A stretch of 64,000 nucleotides of DNA from Alphaproteobacteria bacterium (GTDB taxonomy: Bacteria; Pseudomonadota; Alphaproteobacteria; JAAXGF01): positions 1,216,001 to 1,280,000 of the forward strand of contig CAUVXB020000002.1 of the NCBI GenBank assembly GCA_963555825.3, given 5' to 3'. Made by a program: the position numbers and the translations under genes. Shown piece after piece: positions 44,113 through 55,674 of this stretch (positions are counted from its first letter, which is position 1; each line of letters opens with the position of its first letter). The notes under the pieces were generated by a model. That model made no database searches and was not told the DNA's origin. It was given only the letters and a program-made list of their open reading frames with translations.

Positions 44113-45288
44113 TCAGTCGCGGGCGACGCACATGGCGATGCCCATGCCGCCGCCGATGCACAGTGTCGCCAGGCCCTTCTTGGCGTCGCGCTTGGCCATC
44201 TCGTACAACAGCGTGGTCAGCACGCGCGCGCCCGAGGCGCCGATCGGATGGCCGAGCGCGATGGCGCCGCCGTTGACGTTGACCTTGGCGGTGTCCCAGC
44301 CGAGGTCCTTGTTGACGGCGCAGGCCTGGGCGGCGAACGCCTCGTTGGCCTCGACCAGGTCGAGATCGTCGGCCGACCAGCCGGCGCGCTCGAGCGCCTT
44401 CCTGCTGGCCGGGATCGGGCCCGAACCCATGATCGCCGGATCGACGCCGGCCTGTGCCCAGGAGACGATGCGCGCCATCGGCGTGATACCCCGCCTCGCG
44501 GCTTCGTCCGCGGTCATCAGCACGGTCGCCGCGGCGCCGTCGTTGATGCCCGAGGCGTTGCCGGCGGTCACCGTGCCGTCCTTGACGAAGGCCGGGCGAA
44601 GTTTGGCGAGCGACTCGGCCGTCGTGCCGTGGCGTGGATGCTCGTCGGTATCGACGACGGTCTCGCCCTTGCGCGTCTTGATCGTCACCGGGACGATCTC
44701 GTCGGCGAAACGGCCGGCGGTCTGCGCGGCTTCGGCCTTCTGCTGCGAGGCGGCGGCGAACGTGTCCTGCTGCTCGCGCGTGATCTGCCAACGCTCGGCG
44801 ACGTTCTCGGCGGTGTTGCCCATGTGATAGCCGTTGAAGGCGTCCCACAGGCCGTCCTTTACCATGGTGTCGACCAGCTCGGCCGGGCCCAGCTTGGTGC
44901 CGTTGCGCATGTGCACGCAGTGCGGCGCCTGGCTCATGTTCTCCTGGCCGCCGGCGACGACGATGTCGCTGTCGCCATTGAGGATCGCCTGGTAGCCGAG
45001 CGCCACCGCGCGCAGGCCCGAGCCGCACAGCTGGTTGACGCCCCAGGCCGGCACTTCGACCGGGATGTCGGCGCCGATTGAAGCCTGGCGCGCTGGGTTC
45101 TGGCCCTGCCCGGCGCCCAGAATCTGGCCCAGGATGACCTCGGAGACCTCGCCCGGCTCGACGCCGGCGCGCTTCATCGCCTCGGCGATCGCCACGCTGC
45201 CCAGCGCCGAAGCGGCGAGCGTGCTCAGGCCGCCCGAGAAGGCGCCGACGGGCGTGCGAGCGGCGCTGGCGATTACGATATCGGTCAT
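44113..45288 (-). CDS. phaA: Acetyl-CoA C-acetyltransferase (beta-ketothiolase)
   Basis: [38 protein letters not shown]. Confidence 0.95.
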   Translation of the reverse strand: MTDIVIASAARTPVGAFSGGLSTLAASALGSVAIAEAMKRAGVEPGEVSEVILGQILGAGQGQNPARQASIGADIPVEVPAWGVNQLCGSGLRAVALGYQAILNGDSDIVVAGGQENMSQAPHCVHMRNGTKLGPAELVDTMVKDGLWDAFNGYHMGNTAENVAERWQITREQQDTFAAASQQKAEAAQTAGRFADEIVPVTIKTRKGETVVDTDEHPRHGTTAESLAKLRPAFVKDGTVTAGNASGINDGAAATVLMTADEAARRGITPMARIVSWAQAGVDPAIMGSGPIPASRKALERAGWSADDLDLVEANEAFAAQACAVNKDLGWDTAKVNVNGGAIALGHPIGASGARVLTTLLYEMAKRDAKKGLATLCIGGGMGIAMCVARD

Positions 45289-45402
45289 GGCTGTCTCCTC
45301 ATGTCGCATGGGCCTCGAAGCGGCCCGATTGGCGTGGAACTGTCGACACGGCGCGTCGGATCCAGAATGTAGAGGCGCGCCGGGCAAATGCAACGGAAAA
45401 TA

Positions 45403-45414
45403 TGCTGCACTGCA
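45403..45414 (-). promoter_or_regulatory. Putative PhaR box upstream of phaA
   Basis: Minus strand TGCAGTGCAGCA. Confidence 0.6.
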
Positions 45415-45433
45415 AACCGATAGCCCGGCGGCG

Positions 45434-46672
45434 TCATGGCAGCCGCCTCAGCCAGTCGGCGAGCGGCCGCCACAGGTGGCGCGGGCCGGCCCCGCCGACG
45501 ACCATGCCGATATGGCCGACCGGCGGCACCAAGCGTTCGGCGCCGGGGATCGCCTCGGCGAGTGCGGCGGCCGAGGCCGGCGGCACGATGCGGTCGCGCT
45601 TGGGCACGACGACCAGCGCGGGCATATTGAGATCGCCCGGGCGCACCGGCGTGTCGTCGATACGCCAACAGCCGCGCGCCGGCGTGTTGTGGCCGTACCA
45701 ATCGACCAGACATTCGCGCGCGACCGGCGCTGTCAGCGCGACGCCGTCGTTGAGCCAGTCCTCGAGCGCGACGAAGAACGCGGCCTCGTCGCTCGCAGGG
45801 TCGAGGCGTGCGAAGGCGCGGAACTTATTGGCCACGAGATTGGGGTCGAGCGCGGTGAACATCGCCTGGATCAGGTCGACGGGCAGTTCGCCGCAGGCCT
45901 CGACCAGGGCCGTCAGCGGCGCCTCGGCGGCGCCCAGGAGGCGCGCATGCGCGGCGTTGTCGGCGTGGAAGTCCCACGGCGTCGCCAGCAGCGCGAGACC
46001 CCGCACTTCGGCCGGCCGGCGCAGCGCCAGCGCCAACGCGAGCAGCCCGCCCATGCAATAGCCGACGACCGCGACCGGGCCGCCGCTCGCCTCGAGCGCG
46101 GCATCGAGCGCGGCGTCGAGCCGCCCGGCGACGTAGTCGGTCAGCGTCATGTCCCGCTCGGCCTCGCCCGGCGCGCCCCAGTCGACCAGCATGGGGCGCA
46201 CGCCATGACCCGCCAGATGGCGCATCAGGCTGCGCCGCTTGGTGAGATCCAGGATGTAGGCGCGGTTGACCAGCGACGGCACGAAAAGGGCGGCGACATC
46301 GAACGGCTTGCGCCGTCGGGCGCCGAAATCGAGCAGCCGCGTCGCGCCATCGCGCCACGGCACGGGAGGGTCTTGCAACGGCCGGCGGTAGGGATGGTCG
46401 GTGTAGGCCTCAATTCCGGCGAGCATTTCGCCGAGGCGGCGCGTCGCCTCGCCGGCGAGCGCCGCGCCGAGCGCGTCAGCCGCGGCGTTTTCGAGGCTTG
46501 GCGCGAGCGCCGCCGCCTGCGCCGCCAGTCCCGCGTTCCAGGGCAGCGAGCCGCTCTTCGCAAGCGGCAAGGCGGCGATCGAGCTCGACCAGACGCTCGT
46601 CGCCCGCGCCAGGTGCAGCGGCAGCGGCCGGGGTCCCGCCCGCGGCGGCGGTGAATGCGGCGATGCCGGCAT
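45434..46672 (-). CDS. PhaC (class III)-like alpha/beta hydrolase
   Basis: [18 protein letters not shown], lipase-box-like VGYCMGG, ATPWDF, DRIVP, GHIGM; GGGAGG RBS. Confidence 0.82.
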   Translation of the reverse strand: MPASPHSPPPRAGPRPLPLHLARATSVWSSSIAALPLAKSGSLPWNAGLAAQAAALAPSLENAAADALGAALAGEATRRLGEMLAGIEAYTDHPYRRPLQDPPVPWRDGATRLLDFGARRRKPFDVAALFVPSLVNRAYILDLTKRRSLMRHLAGHGVRPMLVDWGAPGEAERDMTLTDYVAGRLDAALDAALEASGGPVAVVGYCMGGLLALALALRRPAEVRGLALLATPWDFHADNAAHARLLGAAEAPLTALVEACGELPVDLIQAMFTALDPNLVANKFRAFARLDPASDEAAFFVALEDWLNDGVALTAPVARECLVDWYGHNTPARGCWRIDDTPVRPGDLNMPALVVVPKRDRIVPPASAAALAEAIPGAERLVPPVGHIGMVVGGAGPRHLWRPLADWLRRLP

Positions 46673-46844
46673 GGGCTTGGCCTCCCGGTGCGACGTGTGA
46701 GGCGCCTGGTGCGCCCGGCGCGCCCGCCATCAGTTGGGCGATCCAGTCGGTGAGCGCCGGGTCCGAGACCGATGCGGCGACCTGCGCCTGCCACAGGTCG
46801 AGAAATCGCTTGGCGAGGGCGTCGAGGTCGGGCGCGTCGGACAT
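46476..46844 (-). CDS. Small hypothetical protein with C-terminal coiled coil (PhaE-like by inference)
   Basis: MSDAPDLDALAKRFLDLWQ...[19 protein letters not shown]; overlaps the next gene by 197 nt. Confidence 0.6.
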   Translation of the reverse strand: MSDAPDLDALAKRFLDLWQAQVAASVSDPALTDWIAQLMAGAPGAPGASHVAPGGQAHAGIAAFTAAAGGTPAAAAAPGAGDERLVELDRRLAACEERLAALERGTGGAGGGARAKPRKRRG

Positions 46845-46928
46845 CGGCCGACTATACGCGAGGCCATCCGCGCGCGCCACCGTGGCTGCCCCGATGGCGG
46901 CCATCCATTTGCGCCGCATTGCAGTAAT

Positions 46929-46940
46929 TGCAGCGCAGCA
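46929..46940 (+). promoter_or_regulatory. Putative PhaR box in the divergent phaR promoter region
   Basis: TGCAGCGCAGCA, with a second TGC-N3-GCA just upstream. Confidence 0.6.
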
Positions 46941-47015
46941 AAAGCTATTGTAGGCTTGCTGCCCGTTGTGGCCGATTGTCGAACGACGGTCCGCATTCCT
47001 CGAGCCAGGACAGCC

Positions 47016-47645
47016 ATGGCAAGCAAGCGCGACAACGCCGACGGGACCGAGCCGGTTACCATCAAGAAATACGCCAACCGTCGGCTCTACAACACGGCGA
47101 CCTCGAGTTACGTCACGCTCGACCACCTCTGCGAGATGGTCAAGGACGGCACCGATTTCGTGGTCTATGACGCCAAGTCCGGCGAGGACATCACGCACAC
47201 GGTGCTAACCCAGATCATCATGGAGGAGGAGAGCAAGGGTCATAACCTGTTGCCAATCAAGTTCCTGCGCCAGCTCATCCCGTTTTACGGCGACAGCCTG
47301 GCGGGTTTCGTACCGCGCTATCTCGAGGTCTCGATGGACTCCTTCTCGCGCGACCAGGAGCGCATGCGCGCCTATCTCGAGCAGGCCTTCGGCGGCTTCT
47401 TCCCGTTCAAGCAGTTCGAGGAGATGGGCAAGGCCAACATGGCCATCTTCCAACGCACCATGAACATGTTCGCGCCGCCCGGCGGCGGCGACGCGTCCCT
47501 GGGAGGTGGCGGGGACGTTGGCGGCGGCAACCGCGAGGGCGGCGCGGCGGCGGACGCGGCGGAACCCGAACTCGGCGATCTCAAACTGAAGCTCGACGCC
47601 ATGCAGCGCCAACTCGACGCACTCGCCAAGAAAGACGGCGATTAG
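47016..47645 (+). CDS. phaR: Polyhydroxyalkanoate synthesis repressor
   Basis: IKKYANRRLYNTATSSYVTL, DAKSGEDIT, FLRQLI. Confidence 0.95.
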   Translation: MASKRDNADGTEPVTIKKYANRRLYNTATSSYVTLDHLCEMVKDGTDFVVYDAKSGEDITHTVLTQIIMEEESKGHNLLPIKFLRQLIPFYGDSLAGFVPRYLEVSMDSFSRDQERMRAYLEQAFGGFFPFKQFEEMGKANMAIFQRTMNMFAPPGGGDASLGGGGDVGGGNREGGAAADAAEPELGDLKLKLDAMQRQLDALAKKDGD

Positions 47646-47725
47646 CCCGTCCCCGGCCCGCTCAGCCTTTTACCCGCCCCCACCAATGGGGCCAGACACC
47701 ATTTCGACTCTGCCGAGGCGCGCGC

Positions 47726-49255
47726 CTAGCGTAGTTCGCGTTTGAGGATCTTGCCGGTCGCGGTCAGCGGCAGCGCGTCGCGGATCTCGACCAGGCGGGG
47801 GTATTTATGCGCCGCCATGTTCTCGCGCGCCCAGGCGACGACCGCCTCGGCGGTCAGCTTGGCGCCCTCGACCGGCACGACGAAGGCCTTGACCTCCTCG
47901 CCATAGCGCGCGTCCGCGACGCCGACGACGGCGCAGAGCGACACCTTGGGATGCGTCGTCAGCATGTCCTCGACCTCGGCCGGATAGACGTTGAAGCCGC
48001 CGCGGATGATCAGCTCCTTGATGCGCCCGACGATGTAGAGATAGCCGTCCTCGTCGAGCCGGCCGAGATCGCCGGTGTGGTACCAGCCGTCGCGGATCGC
48101 CTCGGCCGTCGCCTCGGGCCGCTTGTAATAGCCCTTCATGACGCAGTGGCCCTTGACGGCGATCTCGCCGACCTCGCCGATCGGCAGCGCCGCGCCATTG
48201 GCGTCGACGATGCGGACCTCGACACCCCACACCGCCTTGCCGACCGAACCCGGCCGGGCCGGCGCGTCGGGCGGCTGCAGGACGACGACGGGCGAGGTCT
48301 CGGTGCAACCGTAGCCCTCGAGCAAGGGCACCCCGGTGCGCGCCTCGAAATCGTCGACCACCGCCTGCGGCATGGCCGCGCCGCCGGTGCCGGCGAACTC
48401 GAGCGTGTTGGCCAGATGCTTGCCGGCGATGCGGTCGAAATCGGCGTGGTCGAGCATGGCGTGGAACATCGTCGGCACGCCGCCGAAGCGCGTGACGCCC
48501 TCGTCGATCAGCATGCGGATCGCCGCGCCCGGCTCGAAGCGCTGCATCAGCACCAGCGTGTCGCCGACGTGGACGCCCTGGTGCATCAGGCTGGTCTGGG
48601 CATAGACGTGGAACAGCGGCAGCGCAACGAGCTGGACCTGTGCGCGGCGCGCCGGGTAGACCGCCGCCACGGTCAGCACGTTCATGACGATGTTGGCGTG
48701 CGTCAATTCGGCGCCCTTGGGCTGCCCAGTCGTGCCCGAGGTGTAGAGGATCACCGCGGTCTGCTCGGCCGGCGTCACCGCAGGTTCGACGCGGTTCGCC
48801 GCGCCGGCCAACAGCGCCTCGAAAGCTTCGGCCGCTGGCGGTCGATCGCCGTCGCCGAAGAGCCACAGGCGCCGACAGTGCGCGGTCAGCGCGAACGCCT
48901 CGGCACCCCGGCGGCCCAGTTCGCCGTCGTCGCCGGCGAAACAAATCAAGGCGTCGGCATCCGAATCGTCGAGGTAGTAGGCGATCTCGCGCACCGTCGA
49001 CAGGGGGCTGACCGTGACCACCGTGCCGCCGATCGTCAGCACGGCGTAGTAGACGATGATGAATTCGGGCCGGTTCGGGCTGCACAGCGCGACGTGATCG
49101 CCGGCGCCGAGGCCCGCCGCGCGCAAACCCTCGGCGACGCGGCCGACGGTATCGGCCAGCCCGGCATAGTTCAGCCGCTCGTCCTCGAAGACGATGGCGG
49201 TGCGCTCGGGATGGCTGAGCGCGGCGTTCTGCAATAGCGAGGCGGCGTTCAGCAT
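47726..49255 (-). CDS. Long-chain fatty acid--CoA ligase
   Basis: YTSGTTGQPKG, LPLFH, EGYGCTETSP, HTGDLG, GGFNVYP, ATGKILK. Confidence 0.92.
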   Translation of the reverse strand: MLNAASLLQNAALSHPERTAIVFEDERLNYAGLADTVGRVAEGLRAAGLGAGDHVALCSPNRPEFIIVYYAVLTIGGTVVTVSPLSTVREIAYYLDDSDADALICFAGDDGELGRRGAEAFALTAHCRRLWLFGDGDRPPAAEAFEALLAGAANRVEPAVTPAEQTAVILYTSGTTGQPKGAELTHANIVMNVLTVAAVYPARRAQVQLVALPLFHVYAQTSLMHQGVHVGDTLVLMQRFEPGAAIRMLIDEGVTRFGGVPTMFHAMLDHADFDRIAGKHLANTLEFAGTGGAAMPQAVVDDFEARTGVPLLEGYGCTETSPVVVLQPPDAPARPGSVGKAVWGVEVRIVDANGAALPIGEVGEIAVKGHCVMKGYYKRPEATAEAIRDGWYHTGDLGRLDEDGYLYIVGRIKELIIRGGFNVYPAEVEDMLTTHPKVSLCAVVGVADARYGEEVKAFVVPVEGAKLTAEAVVAWARENMAAHKYPRLVEIRDALPLTATGKILKRELR

Positions 49256-49271
49256 GGCGCTCGCGCGGCCC

Positions 49272-49922
49272 TCATGGGTGGTTGAACAAATAGGCGCCCG
49301 AGACGATGGCGACGATCCCAAAGCCCAAGATCAGGATGCCCGAGACACGGTTGATCCACATCAGGAAATGCGGCCCGACGCGGTGGCGCAGCGCGCCGAC
49401 GCCGGCACTCAGGCCAAGCCACCAGATCGTCGAGCCGAGAAACACGCCGGTCACCAGCGTCGAGGCGCCGATTACGCCGATGCCCTTGGTGGCGATGCCG
49501 ATGCCAGCGAAGACCGCGAGGAACGACAGCACCGTCGCCGGGTTGGTCAGGGTCAGCGCCAGGGTCGAGCCGAAGGCGCCAACCAGCGCCGTGGTGCCGA
49601 TCGGCCCGCTCTCGCCCGAGGCGGTTTCGCGGGCCAGGGCGCGGGCGAAGGTGCGAATGCCCAGATAACACAGGAAGCCGCCACCGATCAGGCGCAGCCA
49701 CGCGTTGTGCGTGATCAGGAAGTCCGAGATGACGCTCAGCCCCAACGCGGCGACCGCGCCGTAGGCCGCGTCGGCCACCGCGGCGCCGAGCCCCGAGTAG
49801 AGCCCGACCACCGGACCCAGCAACAGCGTGCGACGCACGCACAACACGCCGATCGGCCCGACCGGCGCGGCGATCATCAAACCGACGACGACGCCCTTGA
49901 CGAAGAGGCCGGGATCAATCAT
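49272..49922 (-). CDS. LysE family translocator
   Basis: IAAPVGPIGVLCVRRTL, GLGAAVAD, LTLTNP. Confidence 0.9.
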   Translation of the reverse strand: MIDPGLFVKGVVVGLMIAAPVGPIGVLCVRRTLLLGPVVGLYSGLGAAVADAAYGAVAALGLSVISDFLITHNAWLRLIGGGFLCYLGIRTFARALARETASGESGPIGTTALVGAFGSTLALTLTNPATVLSFLAVFAGIGIATKGIGVIGASTLVTGVFLGSTIWWLGLSAGVGALRHRVGPHFLMWINRVSGILILGFGIVAIVSGAYLFNHP

Positions 49923-49942
49923 TCACGACCGCCTGGCAACGG

Positions 49943-50049
49943 CTAGCGCATGATCCGCGACCGCGGGCCGTCGACCGTTCGACGAAAGCATGCGCGGCAA
50001 TTGAGCGCAGGTCACCTTTACGCAGTAAAGATGACCGCACAATACGCTA
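49943..50049 (+). repeat. Repeat family A, copy 4
   Basis: ctagcgcatgatccg...gtcgaccgttcgac...ggtcacctttacgcagtaaagatgacc...cgcta. Confidence 0.85.
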
Positions 50050-51636
50050 ATACCCCAGCGCGCAGCCATCCTTGCGCGGGTCCGAACCGCCGGTCAGCAC
50101 GCCGCGCTGCCAGTCAATGCGGATCGCCTGGCCGCCGCCCATGGGTCCCTCGGACCGCGCGACCCGGTGGCCGAGCGCGGCGAGGCCCTCGGCGACCTCG
50201 TCGCTCACGCCGGTCTCGACGTCGAGCACGTCGCCGTAACAGAAGACCCTCGCAAGGTCGAGCGCCTCCTGGACGTCCATGCCGTGGTCGATGACGTTGG
50301 TCAGGAAGTGGCAGTGGCCGAACGGCTGGTAGTGGCCGCCCATGACGCCGAACGGCATGTCGACGCGGCCGTCCTTGAGCGCCATGCCGGGGATGATCGT
50401 ATGCATCGGGCGTTTCGACGGCGCGATGCAGTTCGGATGGCCCGGCTGAACGACGAAGCCGGCGCCCCGGCTCTGCAGCACGACGCCGCTCTGGGGCGCC
50501 ATGATGCCGCTGCCGAAGCCCGCGAACAGCGAGTTGATGAAGCTGATCGCGTTGCGGTCCTCGTCGACCACCGTGAGATAGACCGTGTCGCCGTGCTCGG
50601 GGAAGGCGATCGGTGGCAGATTGCTGAGCACGCCGTCGCGCCGGATGCGCGCGCGCGCCTCGGCCGCGTGCGCTTCCGACAGCAGCGCCTCGACCGGCAC
50701 CTCCGACTGATCCGGGTCGGCGATCAACGCGTCGCGGTCGCAGAACGCCAGCCGGCCGGCCTCGACCTCGAGATGCAGCCGATCGACGCCCAGTGGGTCG
50801 AGTTCAGCCAAATCGTAGCCGGCCAGGATGTTGAGCATGATCAGGACGACGATGCCTTGGCCGTTGGGCGGGCATTGGTAGATTTCGTGGCCCCGGTAAT
50901 CGGTCTTGATCGGCGTGACATAATCACCGCCGGCGGCCGCGAAGTCGTCGAGCGTGTGCAGCCCGCCCAGCGCGTTCAGCTTGGCGACGATGTCCTCGGC
51001 GACGCGGCCGGTGTAGAAGCCGGCGCGGCCCTCGCGGGCGATCGTGCGCAGCGTCTCGGCGAGCGCCGGCTGGCGGTGGGTCGCGCCGACGCCAGGGCTC
51101 TGGCCGCCGTCGAGCAGGATGCGCGTCGCATCCTCGTCGCGAAGCAGCTTGTCGACGCAACCAGCCCAGGCGCTGGCGACGCGCGGCAGCACGGCATAGC
51201 CGTCCTCGGCATAGCCGATGGCCGGCGCCAAGACCTCGTCGAGCCCCTTGCGGCCATGGTCGGCGACGAGCCGCGACCAGGCGTCGATCGCGCCCGGCAC
51301 GGTGACCGCGTGCGGGCTCAGCTCGTCGATCCGGGTCATCCCCTGATCGACGTACCAGGCGGTTTCGGCCGCCGCCGGCGAGCGGCCCGAGCCGTTGTAG
51401 GCGATGACCTCGCCGCCGCCGCCCGGCGCATAGAGCACGAAGCAGTCGCCGCCGACGCCGGTCGACATCGGCTCGACGACGCACAACACGGCGCAGGCCG
51501 CAACCGCCGCGTCGACGGCGTTGCCGCCGGCGCGCAGGATGTCGAGAGCCGCCAGGGTGGCCGCCGGATGCGAGGTCGCGGCCATTCCGTTGAGTGCGGA
51601 TACGGGCGAGCGGCCGGGCAGCTGAAAATCACGCAT
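50047..51636 (-). CDS. ggt: Gamma-glutamyltransferase
   Basis: [24 protein letters not shown] cleavage site, [16 protein letters not shown]. Confidence 0.94.
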   Translation of the reverse strand: MRDFQLPGRSPVSALNGMAATSHPAATLAALDILRAGGNAVDAAVAACAVLCVVEPMSTGVGGDCFVLYAPGGGGEVIAYNGSGRSPAAAETAWYVDQGMTRIDELSPHAVTVPGAIDAWSRLVADHGRKGLDEVLAPAIGYAEDGYAVLPRVASAWAGCVDKLLRDEDATRILLDGGQSPGVGATHRQPALAETLRTIAREGRAGFYTGRVAEDIVAKLNALGGLHTLDDFAAAGGDYVTPIKTDYRGHEIYQCPPNGQGIVVLIMLNILAGYDLAELDPLGVDRLHLEVEAGRLAFCDRDALIADPDQSEVPVEALLSEAHAAEARARIRRDGVLSNLPPIAFPEHGDTVYLTVVDEDRNAISFINSLFAGFGSGIMAPQSGVVLQSRGAGFVVQPGHPNCIAPSKRPMHTIIPGMALKDGRVDMPFGVMGGHYQPFGHCHFLTNVIDHGMDVQEALDLARVFCYGDVLDVETGVSDEVAEGLAALGHRVARSEGPMGGGQAIRIDWQRGVLTGGSDPRKDGCALGY

Positions 51637-51760
51637 TAGACGTTACGCCTCCCTATCGAAGGTTCGGACAATGCCCGAGCGCCGCGCCGTTGGCAAATCC
51701 TTCGCCCGGCGATTGACAGGACCCGGCGATGCCCGACAATGGGCCGTACCAGGGGGCGCC

Positions 51761-52279
51761 ATGTCATCACGCATCTCGATCGTCGACGGCGACATCACCG
51801 CGCAGCGCGTCGACGCCATCGTCAACGCGGCGAAAAATTCGTTGCTCGGCGGCGGCGGCGTCGACGGCGCGATCCATCGCGCGGCCGGACCAGGCCTCCT
51901 GGAGGCTTGCCGGACGCTCGGCGGCTGCGCGACCGGCGACGCCAAGATCACGCCGGGCTTCGATCTCGCGGCGCGCCACGTCATCCACACCGTCGGCCCG
52001 ATCTGGCGCGGCGGCGCGGCCGACGAGGATGCGCTGCTCGCCAGTTGCTATCGGACCAGCCTGGCGCTCGCCCGGGACCACGGCCTCGCCTCGGTCGCCT
52101 TTCCGTCTATCAGCACCGGCGCCTACGGCTTCCCGCTCGAGCGTGCGACGCGCATCGCCGTAAGCGAGACCGTCGGCCATCTCGACGCCAACGAGACGCC
52201 GGAACGCGTCGTCTTCGTCTGTTTCGGCGCCGAGGCGCTTTCGTGCTACCGCGACGTCGTCGCCGAGCCGGCCGGCTGA
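51761..52279 (+). CDS. Macrodomain O-acetyl-ADP-ribose deacetylase (YmdB-like)
   Basis: [41 protein letters not shown]. Confidence 0.93.
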   Translation: MSSRISIVDGDITAQRVDAIVNAAKNSLLGGGGVDGAIHRAAGPGLLEACRTLGGCATGDAKITPGFDLAARHVIHTVGPIWRGGAADEDALLASCYRTSLALARDHGLASVAFPSISTGAYGFPLERATRIAVSETVGHLDANETPERVVFVCFGAEALSCYRDVVAEPAG

Positions 52280-52872
52280 TGGCGGCCGACGAGCATGAAA
52301 TCGTCGCGCGCGAGACGGGCTACGACGGCTTCTTCCGGCTCGACCGGCTCAGCGTCAGGTTTCGCCGCTACGACGGCGGCTGGAGCGAGATCATCACGCG
52401 CGAGGTGCTCGAGCGCGGCCACGCGGCGGGGATGCTGCTCTACGACCCGGCGCGCGACCAAGTCGTCCTGGTCGAGCAGTTCCGTGCGCCGGCGGCCGAC
52501 GCGCCGGGCGGACCCTGGCTGATCGAGACAGTCGCCGGCATCATCGATGAGGGCGAGACGCCCGAGGATGTCGCGCGGCGCGAAACGGCTGAGGAGACCT
52601 CATTGACGGTCGACGCAATCGAGCGCATCGGCGCGTTCATGCTCTCGCCGGGCGGCGCGTCCGAGTTCATCACGCTGTTCTGCGGCCGTGTCGATTCGCG
52701 CGACGCGGGCGGCGTTCACGGCATCGACGACGAAGACATCCGCACCGTCGTGATGGCCACCGACGACGCGCTCGCCGCGGTCGCCGACGGGCGCATCGTG
52801 GCGGCCAACGCCGTCATCGCATTGCAATGGCTGGCGCTCAACCGTGAACGCCTCGTCGCCGAGCTGGTATGA
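52279..52872 (+). CDS. nudF: ADP-ribose pyrophosphatase (Nudix)
   Basis: ERGHAA..YDPARD, EQFR, AGIIDEGETPEDVARRETAEE, SPGG, EDI. Confidence 0.88.
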   Translation: MAADEHEIVARETGYDGFFRLDRLSVRFRRYDGGWSEIITREVLERGHAAGMLLYDPARDQVVLVEQFRAPAADAPGGPWLIETVAGIIDEGETPEDVARRETAEETSLTVDAIERIGAFMLSPGGASEFITLFCGRVDSRDAGGVHGIDDEDIRTVVMATDDALAAVADGRIVAANAVIALQWLALNRERLVAELV

Positions 52873-52902
52873 TCGACGCGCCATGGCCCGGAGGATCGAA
52901 CC

Positions 52903-53544
52903 ATGACGTCGGCGAATTCGATGCCGTTCAGGCTGGTCTGTCTCGCGGTGTTCGCGCTTGCGCTCGGCGCCTGCGGCGGGCCGGTCGAATCACGCGTCGC
53001 GCTTTCGGAGCCAGGCGCGGCGGCCTTTGATCCCCGCATTCTCGGTGACTGGTATGCCACCGAGAAGGACTTCACCTGGCACCTCAGTATCGAGGCGCGC
53101 GAGGATAGCGCCGTGCTCGACGTCGTCGGCGCCGGCCTCGGTTACACCGATGGCAAGCCGGTGCGCTGGCTGCGGATGACCGGCCATGCGTCCGAGATCG
53201 ACGGCCGACTCTACTACAACGTCCAGCGCACCGTCGGCGCCGGCGACGACTACGGCGCGGCCGACACGCCACCGGGCTATATCGTGGCGCGCGCCAATCT
53301 GGTCGACGATGAGCAGCTAGAAATTTGCTTCCTCGACGAGAGCCGGCTCAACGCGCTCATCGAAGACGGCGCGCTCGAGGGCCGCGAGGTCGTTGGCGAC
53401 TACGGTGGCGAGGAAGTGCCCTACCTGCTGATCGAGGCGCCGCGCGAACGGCTGATCGCGCTGATCCGCGAAGCGCCGCCCGGCGATCTCTTCGACTGCA
53501 CGCCCGATCCCCTCCGCCGGTTGTCACCGACTGATGGCGAGTGA
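52903..53544 (+). CDS. Hypothetical lipoprotein
   Basis: Lipobox LALGAC, DPRILGDW. Confidence 0.7.
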   Translation: MTSANSMPFRLVCLAVFALALGACGGPVESRVALSEPGAAAFDPRILGDWYATEKDFTWHLSIEAREDSAVLDVVGAGLGYTDGKPVRWLRMTGHASEIDGRLYYNVQRTVGAGDDYGAADTPPGYIVARANLVDDEQLEICFLDESRLNALIEDGALEGREVVGDYGGEEVPYLLIEAPRERLIALIREAPPGDLFDCTPDPLRRLSPTDGE

Positions 53545-53647
53545 CCGGCGCGGCGATGCGGGCTGGCGGCGGCGGCCGTTCTTTGTTACCACGGGGCGCT
53601 GTGGGGATGCCGCCGTGGGCGGCGGCTGCTGAAGGCGGACCTGGGAC

Positions 53648-54715
53648 ATGACCGACAACGTTGCCTTGATCACCGGCGTGACCGGCCAGGACGGCGCCTA
53701 TCTCGCCGAATTGTTGCTCGCCAAGGGTTACGAGGTGCACGGCGTCAAGCGCCGCTCGTCGTCGTTCAACACCGGCCGTGTCGACCATCTCTACGCCGAC
53801 CCGCACGAGCACCAAACGCGCTTTTCCATGCACTACGGCGACCTGACCGACGCCACCAATCTGATCCGCCTGATCCACGACTGCCGACCGACCGAGATCT
53901 ACAATCTGGCGGCCCAGAGCCACGTCCAGGTCAGCTTCGAGACGCCTGAGTACACCGCCAACGCCGACGCCATCGGCCCGCTCCGCTTGCTCGAGGCGAT
54001 GCGCATCCTCAAGCTCGGCGAGACCGTGCGTTTCTATCAGGCCTCGACGTCGGAGCTCTACGGCAAGGTGATCGAGACGCCGCAGTCCGAGACCACGCCG
54101 TTTTATCCGCGCAGCCCCTACGGCGTCGCCAAGCTGTACGGTTACTGGATCACCGTGAACTACCGCGAGGCGTACGGCTTTCACGCCTCGAACGGCATCC
54201 TGTTCAACCACGAGGGGCCGACGCGCGGCGAGACCTTCGTGACGCGCAAGATCACGCGCGGCGTCGCCGCCATCGAGCACGGCCTGCAGAAACAGCTCTA
54301 TCTGGGCAATCTCGACGCTCGGCGCGACTGGGGCCACGCGCGCGACTACGTCGAGGGCATGTGGCGGATGCTGCAGCAGGACGAGGCCGACGACTACGTG
54401 CTGGCGACCGGCGAAGCGCACAGCGTGCGCGAATTCGTCGAACACGCCTTCGCCGGCGTCGGCCGGACGATCGAATGGCGCGGCGCGGGCGTCGCGGAAA
54501 CCGGTGTCGACACAGCGAACGGCGACGTGCTGGTCCAGGTCGATCCGCGCTATTTCCGCCCGACCGAGGTCGAAATGCTGCTCGGCGACCCGACCAAGGC
54601 GCGCGAGAAGCTCGGCTGGCGGCACAGCACGGGCTTCGCCGATCTGGTCCGCGAGATGGTCGAGAGCGACCTCGCCACGGTCGCCCATGACGGACGGACC
54701 GGCGATGACGGCTGA
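53648..54715 (+). CDS. gmd: GDP-mannose 4,6-dehydratase
   Basis: [50 protein letters not shown]. Confidence 0.96.
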   Translation: MTDNVALITGVTGQDGAYLAELLLAKGYEVHGVKRRSSSFNTGRVDHLYADPHEHQTRFSMHYGDLTDATNLIRLIHDCRPTEIYNLAAQSHVQVSFETPEYTANADAIGPLRLLEAMRILKLGETVRFYQASTSELYGKVIETPQSETTPFYPRSPYGVAKLYGYWITVNYREAYGFHASNGILFNHEGPTRGETFVTRKITRGVAAIEHGLQKQLYLGNLDARRDWGHARDYVEGMWRMLQQDEADDYVLATGEAHSVREFVEHAFAGVGRTIEWRGAGVAETGVDTANGDVLVQVDPRYFRPTEVEMLLGDPTKAREKLGWRHSTGFADLVREMVESDLATVAHDGRTGDDG

Positions 54716-55667
54716 TGGCCTACCGTTCGACCTGACCGGCCGGCGCATCTGGGTCGCCGGCCACCGTGGCATGGTCGGCGGCGCGTTGGCGCGGCGTCTC
54801 GCGCGCGAGGACTGTGCGCTGGTCACGGCCGACCGCGCGGCGCTCGATCTCAGGCGCCAGGCCGATGTCGAGGCGTGGATCGCCGAGGCACGGCCCGACG
54901 TCGTCATCGTTGCCGCCGCCAAGGTCGGCGGCATCCTGGCCAACGACAGCTACCCGGCCGATTTCATGTACGACAACCTGGCGATCGAGACCAATGTCAT
55001 CCACGCCGCCCACCAGACCGGCGTCGCCAAGCTGCTGCTGATCGGCTCGTCCTGCGTCTATCCCAAGCTGGCGGCGCAGCCGATCACCGAGGACGCGCTG
55101 CTGAGCGGCCCGCTCGAGGCGACCAACGAATGGTACGCGGTGGCCAAGATCGCCGGCATCAAGCTGTGCCAGGCCTACCGCCGGCAGCACGGCGACGACT
55201 TCATCTCGGCCATGCCGACGAACGTTTATGGCCCGGGCGACGACTTCGATCTCGAGACCAGCCATGTCGTCGCGGCGCTGATCGCCAAGGCCCACGCCGC
55301 CAAGCGGCGCGGCGACGCGACGCTCGAGGTCTGGGGCACCGGCACGCCGCGGCGCGAGTTCATCTATGTCGACGACCTCGCCGACGCGCTGGTCCATGTG
55401 CTGGCGCATTATTCCGACGCGGCGCCGATCAACATCGGCTGCGGCGAGGATGTTACGATCGCCGACTTCGCGCGCCTCGTATGCGAGGTCGTCGGCTTCG
55501 AGGGCGGGCTGCGCTTCGACGATACGAAACCCGACGGCACGCCACGCAAGCTCTTGGACGTCGCCAAGCTCGACGCGCTCGGCTGGCGCGCGCCGACGCC
55601 GTTGCAAGACGGCCTGGCGCGGAGCTACGCCTGGTTCCGCGAGAACGCCGCCGGCGCGGCCGCCTGA
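54705..55667 (+). CDS. fcl: GDP-L-fucose synthase family epimerase/reductase
   Basis: [45 protein letters not shown]. Confidence 0.93.
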   Translation: MTADGLPFDLTGRRIWVAGHRGMVGGALARRLAREDCALVTADRAALDLRRQADVEAWIAEARPDVVIVAAAKVGGILANDSYPADFMYDNLAIETNVIHAAHQTGVAKLLLIGSSCVYPKLAAQPITEDALLSGPLEATNEWYAVAKIAGIKLCQAYRRQHGDDFISAMPTNVYGPGDDFDLETSHVVAALIAKAHAAKRRGDATLEVWGTGTPRREFIYVDDLADALVHVLAHYSDAAPINIGCGEDVTIADFARLVCEVVGFEGGLRFDDTKPDGTPRKLLDVAKLDALGWRAPTPLQDGLARSYAWFRENAAGAAA

Positions 55668-55674
55668 GCCACGC

